Positions 23,113 to 35,220 of a stretch of 64,000 nucleotides of DNA are shown here, piece after piece. The position numbers and the translations under genes are program-made. Each line of letters begins with the position of its first letter. The stretch's first letter is position 1. The stretch covers positions 1,674,001-1,738,000 of the forward strand of contig OZ251232.1 in NCBI GenBank assembly GCA_965240325.2, written 5' to 3'. Below the pieces are notes generated by a model. That model had not been told where the DNA came from. It did no database searches and saw only the letters and a list, made by a program, of their open reading frames with translations. Origin of the DNA: Rebecca billardiae RCC1528. Lineage: Eukaryota > Protista > Haptophyta.

Positions 23113-24348
23113 CACGGTTCACTCGGAGTGAGACTCACTGATCAAGACTGACTCAACCCGTCGGCAGCGAGTGCGGAGTGACCGAGTGGCGAGTACTGAT
23201 GCTGACGTGACTCGATAATGTATGACGATATCGTCTGATGATGATCAGACAGACTGACTCGACGGCAGTAACTGGCCAGTCTGAGAGTGCCGACTCAGAT
23301 AGGTGGGCGCTGTCTCAGACTCAGAGCCAAGTCACTCATGCCCTTGCAACGTCTCCGCAACAGTTACAGTGAGTCAGTCGGTACTCTACGAACCGGTCTA
23401 GCTCACTCTGACTCTCAATGAATCCTTGACGACCTTATTATCCGTCGATCCGAACTGACTCTTCGGGGCGCGGGCCGGTACTCGGTAGTCTGTACAGTCG
23501 TAGTCGTGAACTGTCACGTCGATCGCAGATCGAGTACTTCGTCGCGATCAGCCTGCTAAATTAGACAGCTATGTCAGCTAGCTAGTTATAGTACCGCGGG
23601 ATCCGAGTACAGTATTAATACTACCGTACACTTACGACAGCAGTTCGTACGACGTACAATTATGGCGCACGGCCCCCCCCGAAAGGTCTGAGCGTGAGCG
23701 AAAGCCGGGGGGGGGCGGCGCACGTGCTCCGCAAAATCAAAAAGAGGATGCGCGCAGAATTTTGGGGATTTTTGTGGGTGGCCTTCGTACGTATGAGTGG
23801 ATATCGCTGCCGCAATGATTGCGTTTGTAGTAGATGCTAATTTTAACGATAGTAACACTTAGGGGAATGCAGGGCGGAATAGCGCATAACACCAGCCGTG
23901 TGTTGGAACATTCCGTCGTAGTAAGATGCCTGAATTGTAAGAGCCTGAAACAGCTCGCCAACCATAAAAACAAGAGGTTGGGTCGGCTTTGATTCACGCG
24001 CTTCTGAAAAACAGCGTTTTAGATTAGACGCATCCCTCTCCTCTTAAGAGAACTGCGCTTCAAAAACACCGTTTCAACGAAAGACGATCGCCCGCCATTC
24101 AACTGAAACGAGATTCTGCATAAAGCGAACCAAACATTTGGTTCGGTGGCAATCCAATTCTTGTATTTCAGATGAAAGACACAGCCTGAAGGCGAACATT
24201 CTCGCTCTCGACCCATATGATCATTTGTTGATGAGGCCTGAATTCGCTCATCAACAATGATGGCCGGGCCTGAAAACCTAGTGTGCTGAGAATTTCTACC
24301 GCTTCACGTACGACCCTTCTGGATTCTCCTCTATTGACTAATAAGTCA

Positions 24349-25923
24349 TATGACCGCGTTCCGCGGTCCTTTTCCGTAGAACGAACGTAGTTCAGGGCCC
24401 GCGGTGGCGGTGCACCCTCCATCGCAGTCGTCTATTGACAGACCCGGAGTTGCATGCCCGTACAACTAGACTCCAGCGGCGCGCCGCCGCCCGCCGCGCC
24501 GGGCGCGGGCCCATCGCACTTCGCAGCCGCCGGCGCGGCGCCGATTGTGTACAGGCGGATGCGACGAGGCGTGATCGACGCATGAGCGCGACTCCACGTG
24601 CACGCCAGGCCACGCGAAGCTGACAGCCAGGGAGCACGGTGCGGGGCCGCGGATTCGTTCGGGCCGCTGCTGCTGACTGACCGCTGTGGCGCTGTCCCGC
24701 GGGTCACACCGCGCACCGGCAGCGCCAGGATAGTAGATGATTTGCACTGGTCCGAGTAGGGTTCGACCAGCGCCTGCGCGACGGCCGACAGGCGGGCGCG
24801 AGGCGTGATCGACGCATGAGCGCAACTCTACGTGCACGCCAGGCCACGCGGAGCTGACAGCCCGAGGGAGCGCGGTGCCGAGGTCGGAGGTGCGAGCGGG
24901 CACCAGTGTCCAGTCACGGATCGTTCGCGCACGCCGCGCGTGCACGGGCTGACACACCTCGATCAGGCTCGGCACGCGTTGCAGAGGCACAGCCAGCTCT
25001 GGGGACGTCACGCACCACCGTCGCCCGCGCAGCTCGTCCTCCTCGTAGAGTACCGTTCAGTTCCGAGGCGTAGCCCTCGCTCAGAGTCGACCGTCGACGA
25101 TGGACTCGGATCGTCGGCGCTCCCCGGAAAGGCATGGCAAGGGCGGCGCGTGGTGAAGTCGAAGACTCAGAGATCGATCAGTCCGGCATCAGGCGCCGCT
25201 GCCCCCGAGCTTGCGAGAGCCCGAATACAGGGCGGCTGCCGCGGCGCGGCCGCCGGGCGCCCCGGCGACCGGGCGCGCGGCCGCGCGCAGGCATCGACAC
25301 GGGGCGGCGGGGGCGCGCGGAGTGAGCGGGGGCACGAACGCGATGTCGACGGCAGTCGGGACCCGCCGCAGCCGCGCGCTCCAGGCGCCACTCGCCGCGC
25401 GCACCTGCCCATCGCCGTCCTCACCCGTCGGTCGCTCGTGGCTGGCGCCTCCTGAGCTCCTGTCGCCGCAGCCGCGGCGTACAAACGGGCACACGCCGCG
25501 CGCCGCGCCCCCGCTCCGGCTCCGACTATACGGATAGCTGCGGCGGGTATTTTCAATCTCTCGCACTATTGCAGTTGGTTGGACGATTATGTCAACGGTC
25601 GTTCTTGGCATCTTGCAGCGGCGAGGCCATATTATTTTACTATGGTCACACTACATTAAGGAGAGTCTACCCACAATTACCCTGCCTCGCACAGTTGGGC
25701 GTGGGTTTCGTTGATTCCTCTGTTCACTATTCAAGACGGCGGACGCGCCCTTTTTCGACGAGGATGCACCTGTAAGGGAGTCTCAAAATTCGAAACTCGG
25801 TCTCCTCCAGCCCTGAAAATCGTCCCCCGTCCCTTTTTTCTTTGATCAAAGATCTTTTTGAAACGTGGTTCGGGCCCGCTGGTGCGGGCTCCACGCTGCG
25901 CGCTCCGCCCTGCACCGCGGGCC
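24349..25923 (-). mobile_element. Non-autonomous Helitron2/Helentron-like element, copy B, with a different interior
   Basis: 25638-25923 is the reverse complement of the copy A 5' block; the 3' inverted repeat and hairpin at ~24349-24420 match 18903-18969; TT immediately 5' of the element; internal ~62-bp direct repeat at 24567-24628 and 24800-24862. Confidence 0.7.
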
Positions 25924-26207
25924 AAGAGTTCTCTACTTCTCTGAAAAGGGTGTACATACGCGGGCAGGCGCACGGTCGGACTCGGCAGTTGGCTTGCGTA
26001 GACACCGCCGGCACCCGCGTGTCGCGGCGAGAAAGAAGCGGGTGCCGCCGCCGCGCGCCCGCCTCGCGGCGCCCAGGGCGCCCCCGGTACGCGCGGACAT
26101 CGGCTTGCCGAGGCGGCCCGTGGACGCTCACCGCGCGTCCCTTCTCTCCTGGCCCGGCACCGTCTCCGCCCGCCTCGCCGCGCTCGCGCGCGCAGGCTGC
26201 GCTAGGC

Positions 26208-27347
26208 ATGGACGACGCCCGGGCGGGCGACGGCGACGCCTCGCTGCCGCCCGATCCGCCGCGGTCGCGGCCGCCGCCCGAGCCGAGAGAAGGCGCTGGC
26301 GGGTTCGATGACGCACTCGCATCCGTCGCGCTCGACGCGGACGTCGACTTTGCCGCGATGGGCGCCGTCCTGGACGCGCCGCTGGCGGCGCGCGGCATCG
26401 GCGGCGCGATGGCGGCGCCGATGCGAGACGGCGGCTGTGCGGCCGGAGGACGACGTGGCGGCGACATTCGAATTTGATCATGGACTGTACATCATGGACT
26501 GCACGCTATGCCGAACGGGCGCGCACGAGCGGCGACAAAAAGCTGCACCTGCGCACAGACGAGGGCGGGAGCGCGCGCGCGCACGCGCGCGTGCCGATGG
26601 AGTACGACGACCCGTCCTTCACGAAGCCGGCGACGCGGCGGAGGGTGTGGTTCGCGGCGGTCGCGCCGCTCGTGTCCGAGATGCAACAGTTGTGCGTCAC
26701 CGCGAAGCTCAAGCTGCTGCGGCTTTCCAAGCACGCCTACTGGTGGGGCGGCGCCGGCCAGCAGACGCTTGTCGACGAGCTCGAGCTGCGATCGGCGTGG
26801 CATCTCGGCACGCGGCGCGTCGAACTGGACGCGGGCGCGCTGGCGACGTTAGTGCTGCCGCTTCCGCTGTGCGCGCCATGTGGCGCAGATCAAGGTGACG
26901 GGCGCAGCCGACGCGGCCGCGGCCGCGAGGACGCTGACCGCGCAGGACGTCGCGGTGACCGACTTCATGGGCGTGCACGCGGCCGACTTCCACATGCCGT
27001 GCGACGCCTTCGTGAGCCGCGTGCTGCCGGTGTCGGTGAGCCGGGCGGCGGAGATACGGCGGCGCATCGCCGTTTCGCCCACCATCAGCAAGGCGGGCCC
27101 CCGCATCCACAAGCGCGCGTGGCCAAGCATCGAGCACCGACGCCGCGCGCAGGCGCGCGCAGCTGAAGCGCGCGCTCGCTCACCTCACGAGCCCGAGCCC
27201 GTCGGGCAGCCACCTCACCGTATGACCGTAAAGCTCGGCATCAACACGGTGGCGAACCAGCTCGTCAAGCACCTGCGCGCGATGCCCAGGGCCGTGCGCC
27301 CTCAACTTCGTTGTTTACTACCCGAAGATCGGCGTAGCCGATCATGA
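26208..27347 (+). pseudogene. Frameshifted gene of unknown family abutting the 5' end of element B
   Basis: Protein-like sequence continues across three frames (DDALASVALDADVDF; RRVWFAAVAPLVSEMQQL; AQIKVTG...DFHMPCDAFVSR) without intron signals at the switches; upstream GCGCAG acceptor near 26195. Confidence 0.45.
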
Positions 27348-27804
27348 TACAGTTTATTTGTTTTAACGTCAACGTGCGTAAGGCTCACGGTGGCAGGTTG
27401 CCGCGCCATCCTGATCCTTCATCGCACGCTCTCCGAAGAGAGTCTGAGAGACCTGGTAGTACTCACGTACTCCGGGCTTGTTTTACCGGACGATCGGCGA
27501 CGTACTATTATTAAATATACTTGTTTTATTAACTTATAATATATATATATATTATAAAAATTATAGCTAAGAAACCTAAGTACACGATGTCGACGGTCGT
27601 AGTCATCGATCGTCAGCAGCATGATTCGTCGTCACCAGAGTCATGATGATCATCAGCGGCGTCGCGCTGCTGTTCTTGTTACGTCGTGTCTCGCGACCGT
27701 TGTCATCGGCTCGGCGGCGTGCAACACGGTGCAACTTGCAAGCCAGCACGGTCTAGACTCTTCGATGGCGGACAGCCGCGGCCCATGGTCGACGACGTCC
27801 AGCG

Positions 27805-28242
27805 TCACCAGCGAAACGTATCGAGGAGGTCATCTTCGGCCGAGCCACCACGCGACGCCGTCGCCACAGGCGCGCGCTCGCGCGCGGGCGGCAGCGCGCG
27901 CGGGCGACGGACAGGCTTACGCCCCCTCCGCCGCGCGTCCGCGTAGCGCTTGGCCTCGATCACTGGGGCGTTGACGTGCGACCCGACGATCCCCGCAAAC
28001 GCGAGGAAGATCGCGTTGAGGTAGCCCTGTGCATGTGCCTCACGAGCGGCCTCCAGAGCTGCCGGGTCGCTCAGGTCAGCGACCATCGCAACAGTCGGCG
28101 CCATGCTCGCACGGCTTGCGGGCGCGGCCCAGGCCGCCCGAGCCGCGCCGCGAGGTGCAGCGGGCTGCCATGCAGCGCAGCGTGACGCAGAGCCCAGCAC
28201 CACCAGCGCGACGGCGACAGGCCACGACGCGAGCTTCACCAT
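27805..28242 (-). CDS. Small putative plastid-targeted membrane protein of unknown function
   Basis: Signal peptide ending CAA|WQP, A/R/P-rich transit-like segment, one TM helix (GYLNAIFLAFAGIVG). Confidence 0.6.
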   Translation of the reverse strand: MVKLASWPVAVALVVLGSASRCAAWQPAAPRGAARAAWAAPASRASMAPTVAMVADLSDPAALEAAREAHAQGYLNAIFLAFAGIVGSHVNAPVIEAKRYADARRRGRKPVRRPRALPPARERAPVATASRGGSAEDDLLDTFRW

Positions 28243-28392
28243 CCCCTTGCGCGGTCGAACGCGACCGTCCAGGCCTCGTGGCGTCGTTCGTCTCGACTCC
28301 CGAGCGGGCGCACCGCGAGTGCCGCGGCTGACGTGCGCACGTGGATGGCTCCGCAGCCGGGGACGGCTGCCGCGATGGCGGTCGAATCCGTG

Positions 28393-31264
28393 ATGAGAAG
28401 GGTGCTCGCCGTCCAGCTACTCGCCGTCGGCTGCGCATACACATGGACGCCCGCGCGCGTGAGCGGGACGGCGCGCGTGGCGGTGCGGGCTCCTCCCACC
28501 AGCCTGCCGCGCGCGCGCTCGCTGCGCTGTGCCGCCGTGCGCGACGACGACTTGGCGGAGAGCACGGGCGGCGGCGCGGCGCGCGATGCCGACTCGAGCG
28601 GATCTGCTGACGTGCCGACGCTCGCGGGCGGCAGCGTGGACGACGCGATGCACGACGCTTTTGGTGATCCTGCCGTACCCGCCGGCCCCGTCCCCACCCC
28701 CGAAGCCGACCTGGGTGTCGTGCATGACGAGCTGCGCGCGCACCTGCACGCGCGCAACCCAAGCAAGGCGCTGCGCGTGCTCAAGGGCCTGAAGCGCCGC
28801 GGCATCACCGCCGACCGCCGCGCGTACGTGCTCGGGCTGGTCGCGTGCGACCGGCTCGGCGCGTGGGAGGTCGCCGCCGAGCTCCTCAACGAGGCCGAGG
28901 CGAACGGCGTGCCGCCGTCGGAGCGCATGTACATGCAAGCGCTGCAGACGAGCGCGGCCGCCGACCGCTGGCAGGAGTCCATCGCGCTGCTCGCGCGGCT
29001 GCGCGACTCGCGCGACATCAACGCGTACCCGTACGCGCTCGCCATCTCCGCGTGCGGCCGCGCGGGCCAGTGGCAGCACGCGCTCTCACTCCACGCCTCG
29101 ATGGTGGAGGCGGGCGTCGCGCCCACCACTAAATCCTACGCGGCACTCCTCGGCGCGTGCGGCCGCGCCGAGGACGAGGCCATCAAGGTGGATCGCGTGC
29201 TCGAGCTCGCGGACGAGATGCGCGAGGAGCACGGCCTCGCGTTCGACTCGTGGTGCGCCATGTCCGTGCTCCGCTCCCTCGGCGCGCGGCGGGACTGGCG
29301 CTCGGCCCTCGCGCTGATCGACGAGCTCCGGGCACAGGACGGCGCGGCCGCCGAGGCGCGGCGCGGCGCGGACGACACCGGCTGGGGCGACGAGGGCGAG
29401 GGCGAGGGCGAGGGCTTCGATGACGGCGGCGCGGTGCGCGGCGTGTTCGACGAGGAGGCGGCGGCGGAGAGCGGCGGCGGGGCCCCGCCGGAGGGCACCT
29501 CCGCGCCACCGACGCCGACGCCCGTGTCGGAGGCCGAGGCGGCAGCGGAAGAGTCACGCGCGCGCGTGCTCGCAGCCATGGCTGCTGAGATGGGCGAGGG
29601 TGCGCCGCCGCCCGCCGCGGCGGCGGGGGGCGGAGCGGAGGGCCGGTCGACCGGGCGCGAGGCGGCGCGCACGCGGGATGGCGCGCCCGAGACCGACCTT
29701 GACGCCGACGACGATGAGCACGCCGCCGACGGCGCCGACGGCGCCGAGCGCGCGCCGCGCGCGGCCGAGGCCGGCGGCCGAGCGGCCGAGCGGTCGTCGC
29801 CGCCGACTGAGCGGCCGTCGCCGCCGGCTGAGACCGCGCTGAACGGCCTCGTGTACACCGCGGCGATGGGCGTGTGCGCCAAGGCGGGCCGCGTGCGCGA
29901 GGCGGAGAAGCTGCTGCGCACGATGCGCAAGGACGGCCTGCGCCCCACGCGCGTCACCTACGCCACGTTGATCCACGCGTGCGCGGGCGCGGCCGAATGG
30001 CGCAAGGCCCTGACAGTCCTGGAGGAGATGTCGGCGATGGGCCCGGACTCGGAGCCGAATCTGCATGCCTACGGCGGCGCGCTGCGCGCGTGCGCCAAGG
30101 CGCGAGAGTACAAGGCGCGCGCCTGGCGGCGCGCCCGCCCCGCGCGCGCCGCGCGCCCGCCGAGCAGCTGAGCAGTCGCGCAGTCGCCAGGCGCGCCCGC
30201 GCGCTCAGGGTGCGCGCTCCCAAGTCTCAGCCTGCGCCCGCGCCCCCCCGCCTGCGCGCGGCACGCGACGGCGCCGCGCGCGCGCGCGAGCAGGAGGTGC
30301 TGCGGCTGTTCGGCCGCATCAAGGCGCGGGGGCTCACGCCCAATGCGTTCTGCTACCACCAAGCCATCCTCGCGTGTGAGCACGCCGGCTCCGTGCGACA
30401 GGCGCTCGGCCTGCTGGAGGAGATGGAGGCGGCGGGCGTGAGTGCCAACATCTACACGTACACGGCAGCGGTGCAGGTGCCGCAGCGCGCGCGCGACGCG
30501 CGACGCGCGTCGGGGCTTGGGAAGATGCGGAGTAAGAGCCGGGCCGAGGGAATTGGCGCGTCCGGCGCGCGCGTCAGCGCGCAGCCCGCCCGCACGCATC
30601 TGCGGACGCGCGCGCAGCCCACCCGCGCGCATCTGCAGCCGAGCGCGAATCGCCCGAGAGACAACACACGTCGCGGCCGACCGCCGCGCCGCGCCCGCCC
30701 CCGCGCGGCCGGCCGCAGGTGTGCGCCACCAAGGGCGCGTTCAGGCGCGCGCTCGAGCTCGTGGATACCATGTGCGCCAAGGGGCCCAAGCCGACCACGG
30801 TGACCTTCAACGTGCTGCTCCGCGGCGCGATCGCCGCCGACCAGCTCGACACCGCCTCCAAGGTGCTCCAGTCCATGCCGAAGCTCGGTGCGCGCGCGCG
30901 CGGCGCGCGGCGCGCGCCGCTGTGCGCGGCGCCGTCGCCGAGCCGCGCGCACGCGCGCGCTCGCCTCGGCCCGCTGCCCCACGCAGGCGCCCAGCCCGAC
31001 GCGTACTCCTACTCGATGGTGATCAACGGCTACGCCAAGATTGGCGAGGTCGACGAGGCGCTGGGCTGGCTCAAGAAGATGCCCAAGCAGCTGCTGAGCA
31101 ACATGACCTACCACGGCGCCATCGCCGCGCTGTGCGACGCCGGCCTGACGCAGGACGCGCTCTCGCTGCTCGACCTGATGCGCAAGCAGGGCCTCGAGCC
31201 CGCGCCCAAGACGATGCAGCTGCTGCTCGACCAGTACGGCGCGGCGGGCGCGCTGGCGGACTGA
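28393..31264 (+). CDS. Pentatricopeptide-repeat (PPR) protein, probably plastid-targeted; exons 28393-30114, 30294-30476, 30719-30887, 30987-31264
   Basis: Many 35-aa PPR motifs (YTAAMGVCAKAGRVREAEKLLRTMRKDGLRPT; YSYSMVINGYAKIGEVDEA); GC-AG intron 30115-30293 and GT-AG introns 30477-30718 and 30888-30986 all keep frame; N-terminal signal peptide; start codon approximate. Confidence 0.88.
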
Positions 31265-31375
31265 TCGTCACCGCGGGGATGACACTGCTGAATGAACAGT
31301 GCATGGCCATACTGATGGGCCGAGCAGCGTTTCGGCTCGGCGCGCGGAGTCTCAGTCAGCTCATGTGCAGTAGTA

Positions 31376-31414
<39 letters not shown>

Positions 31415-31741
31415 TATTGATGACGATATTATGATGACGATGAGTCATCATCATCGTTATTTATGGCGGCATCGTCATATCATTTCCCTCGCAGCAGGGC
31501 GGACCAACTACTGGTAACAGTGTCGTCCGTACTGACTACTGTCATAGCAGTAGTCTGTAGCATAACGGCGCAGTGAAGTCCGGTTGTACCTGAGAGTGAG
31601 ATGCTGATGAGATCGCAGATGGCGGCGGTAGCAGCAGGCTAGTTACGTCGTATGTAGACTACCTACCCGGACCGCGCGGGCGCGCTCCACCGCCGGCGAA
31701 CACCCGAGCGAATAAAACGGGCCGACTTACATACACACACA

Positions 31742-31743
<2 letters not shown>

Positions 31744-31828
<85 letters not shown>

Positions 31829-32038
31829 ATATATCGGACGACGATAATATGCGACGGCACGGGGTGACGACTAACTAATATCGGCGGCGGAATAAGCTGG
31901 TATAGCGTCGCTAATTCTAGGGGGTCCATGACAGCAGCCCACTGATTTGTGATTTTCGACAACCATGCGATTCAGGTGTCTGACGAGCAAGGCGCTTGCG
32001 AAGGCACCCACAAATATGTCCTGGAACCCAGCCCAGCC

Positions 32039-32128
<90 letters not shown>
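31744..32128. repeat. (CT)~40 tract (31744-31825) and complementary (AG)~44 tract (32041-32128) flanking a ~215-bp spacer
   Basis: Visible directly in sequence. Confidence 0.9.
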
Positions 32129-32130
<2 letters not shown>

Positions 32131-32851
32131 ATTATAGCTCGACTGCGCAATAGCTAGTCAATTATAGTACTACTCACATTTATTTTGTGAACGCCTGTCG
32201 CGTCAATCTTATCGATCGTCGCGTCGTCCTTATGAATACGCTCAGATATTGTCATGGACTCCGCCTGCTGTCGTCTACTGCAAGCAGTAGCAGAGACCGC
32301 AGCAGCAGCTAATTCCGCTCAGACTGCTGGCAGAGCGAGCCGTCACCGGGACGGTGGCGCCGCGCACACCGCCAGTGGCGCCGCCAGCGGCATCACGCCT
32401 TCACGGCACCGCCGGCGGGGCGCGGCGGCACTTATCCGCGATGTCTCCTGGGCCACTCACTCACTCAGACCTGGGCGGACAATGCGGACATATTTGCCCG
32501 CGGTACTCCGCCTCCGGCTCGTCGGTGATAACATAGTCTCTCTGTGACTGACTCATCAGACGAGACATGGCATCACTTCAGTCATTGACTTGCGCTCGGA
32601 CACGGCACAGTAATCACAATATGTGTTTGTGGGCGGTCTGGCGGCGCGCGGGCCCCACCGGGCCGCGGTCACCGTGCATCTGCATGGCGCCGCGATCGGC
32701 TGTCAGACTTGGGCCTGGCTGCCGCCAGCCCGCTCGCGCCGCTTGCGGAGCCAGGCAGTTGGAGGAAGGGGTGAGCTCGCGAGGCAGCTTGCGTATCTCA
32801 CAGAAGTGCACACCGACCTTGCTTGTTCACCGTTGCCCTGCCCGCAGTGCG

Positions 32852-33271
32852 CTAATCCGACTCTTCCTGGGCATGCGCTTCCGCCATGGCCCCTTTCGCA
32901 TCCTCTTTGAGCTTTGCGAGCCACTCGCTCTTGCGCATGATATCGAGCAGAACCTCGTGATCGTTGTCCCCGTTGAGAAGGTCCTTCGAGTCCCAGGGAG
33001 GGTAGTCGGTGTTGTAACCCTCCTCGTCATACATGTCTTCGTCGCCTTCGAAGGGGAACTCGCCGTTGAAGTTCTCATGCGATGCGCGTGCGATCCAGAC
33101 GCGGCGCAGTGCGCCCTTCTCCGACTTGTACGCGCCAAGGATCTCGTGCTCGGAAAGCTGGAAGAGCTCAGCGTCGGAGAACGTGTGGCCACGATTGCAG
33201 CCTGAATTCGACGACGGGTACGTGGTCTGGATGGCGTACCACGGGTTTGCCTTCTGCCTCGGCGGGTCCAT
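32852..33271 (-). CDS. Hypothetical acidic protein (139 aa); intronless, lower GC than neighbours
   Basis: ATG-to-TAG ORF with a normal amino-acid composition, unlike the Arg/Ala-rich shadow ORFs. Confidence 0.6.
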   Translation of the reverse strand: MDPPRQKANPWYAIQTTYPSSNSGCNRGHTFSDAELFQLSEHEILGAYKSEKGALRRVWIARASHENFNGEFPFEGDEDMYDEEGYNTDYPPWDSKDLLNGDNDHEVLLDIMRKSEWLAKLKEDAKGAMAEAHAQEESD

Positions 33272-33669
33272 TGCTTCCCTTTACGGCGCGGCCTTGTGAG
33301 CACTCGCGAGTCTGAGGGAGGACGAGGTGCTCACAAGCAGCGGTGATCCTTAAATAGCTGATCGGAAGAGAGTGCTGCGATATCGATCATCGATCTTCCC
33401 GCATCTCGCGCTGCGTGGAACAGTGGTGCCATTGAAGGACCATGATATCGAATATTTAACGGTCCTTTGATTGGTCGCCTGATTGATTGGCCTGCCATCC
33501 TGCTACACAATATGCATCGTCATTCGTCATATCGTCTTCATCACACCAATCAGAGTTTGAGTGATGAGTTCTTGTGCCTTGAGAAAACTTGATGCGTCAG
33601 GGTACATGCGCTGTGGAGTGTGAGAAGGTTTGCATCGGCTCATCGCCATGCGATTCGCTTCCGATTGAG

Positions 33670-33780
33670 TACAGGGGCGTCAATCTCGCCTGCCTGAGCT
33701 GTGTGCGTCTTATTCTTGGTAAACTGCTGTATCTCGCCTGCCTGAGCTGTGTGCGTCTCTTATTCTTATAGTAAGCTGTA
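33670..33780 (+). repeat. ~60-bp micro-element, tandem copies 2 and 3
   Basis: TACAGGGGCGTCAATCTCGCCTGCCTGAGC...GGTAAACTGCTGTA followed by a 5'-truncated second copy. Confidence 0.85.
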
Positions 33781-34595
33781 GTTAGGGACCCACCTCACTC
33801 ATCTGATCCGCCTCGCCCTCTTTGAGTCTTCGGCGCTCCGCGCTGGTCTGCGTGCGACGTGAGCGCACCGCGCGCGGCGCAGTGTAGTGACTGGCACGTC
33901 GGAGTGATTGGCCTGATACGGCGGAGTGAGCGCGCTACGGCACTCGGACTCGCGCACACTTACTCAGAATGTCAGGGCGGTAGTACTATTTAGTCATCAG
34001 TATATTATAATCATGTCAGAATTCAGGCAACAGACCCGGCGGTCCCGGGTCCGGCGCGCGCGCAGCGGCGCGCGCGACACTGCATCTGCTGCCGCCGCTG
34101 AGTCAGATCGAAGACTAATCGTCGCATGCCACGCCCGCGCCGTTATTTGCGTGCTCGTCATATTGCTCGCACTACTACTACGCCGTACGCGGGCCCCGGG
34201 GCAATAACGCCACCGGCCCGGCGGCGGCGGCCAACGGTATATACTGAGAGTAGTACCGGGACCGACGCGCCCGCATTATTCGGACTATACTCGTGTTAAA
34301 ACCGCCTGTCCGCCTGGCTCACCCGCGCGCGGCGCCAGCGCCGGCAGCGCGCCTGATGTCATCGATGATGGGCATGATGGCTACACTCACTAGCAGTAGT
34401 GAGAGCGTCGTCGATCACTGATGCGATGCATGTCGTGTTGCTGGGCGCAGTAGGCGGCAACAATAACATTATAATTATAAGAAATGCGGCGGCGCGCGCG
34501 CTGCCGCCTACACAGAGTCGTACTTAAAGCCGATTCCAAACGCCGGCTTGCGCCCGACGAGCGCGTCTGCGCAGCAGCTACGCAGCCTTCGACGG

Positions 34596-35220
34596 CTAGC
34601 TTGTCTCGGCGTACGCGCCGTCCCCGTCGGACGGGGACTCGCGGCCGTGGCCGCCCGGCGGGACGAGCCGGTTGTGCATCCCGCCCGCGCCCTCGTCCAT
34701 GCTGCGAAGCATGGCGTCGTAGCTGGGCGCCGGGCTCCGCGGCGAGTGCAGCCCGAGGTCGCGCTCGCGCTCACGCACCGCGTCGATCGTCGCCGAGACG
34801 ACGGCCATGTCCTTCTCGATCGTGTGCACGAAGTTCTCCACGTCGCCGAGCGCCTTGAGCGCGCCGTGGAAGTCTGCGTACATCTGCAGCCAGTGTCGGC
34901 TCTGCGCGGTGAAGCGCTTGGTCTCGCGCTGGAGGGTGCGGCTCTGGGCGTCGAGGCGCTGCTGGTTGCGCCAGACGCGCGACATGTCGGCGTTGAGCGC
35001 GTCCATCACCGCATGCGCAGCCGGACCGACGCTGTCAAGGGCGGCCTGCTTCTTGCGCTCTGTTGCGACGCGGGCCGGGCACGCGGGCGCACGCAGCTCG
35101 GTCAAGCGCATGCGCTGGGCTGAGGGTGCGGCCAGATGCACTCGAAGGAGCACACGGACCTGTGTCTAGCGCGTGCTGCGCTCGGCGCGCCTCGCTCTCG
35201 GCGAGGATGTTGCCCAACAT
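34596..35220 (-). CDS. BLOC1S1: BLOC-1 subunit 1 (GCN5L1 family); exons 35220-35160, 35059-34596
   Basis: Spliced product MLGNILAE...ERKKQAAL...NQQRLDAQ...FHGALKALGDVENFVHTIEKDM; phase-1 GT-AG intron 35060-35159. Confidence 0.9.

Noticed and set aside
17691-25923. One 8.2-kb composite cut-and-paste transposon carrying the TIR-like gene
   Set aside because: Outer flanks show no direct repeat and each copy has its own complete pair of ends; two independent insertions is simpler
27860-27920. GTAAG donor suggesting an intron in the small plastid protein
   Set aside because: No suitable downstream acceptor found; the ORF reads through to a plausible C-terminus
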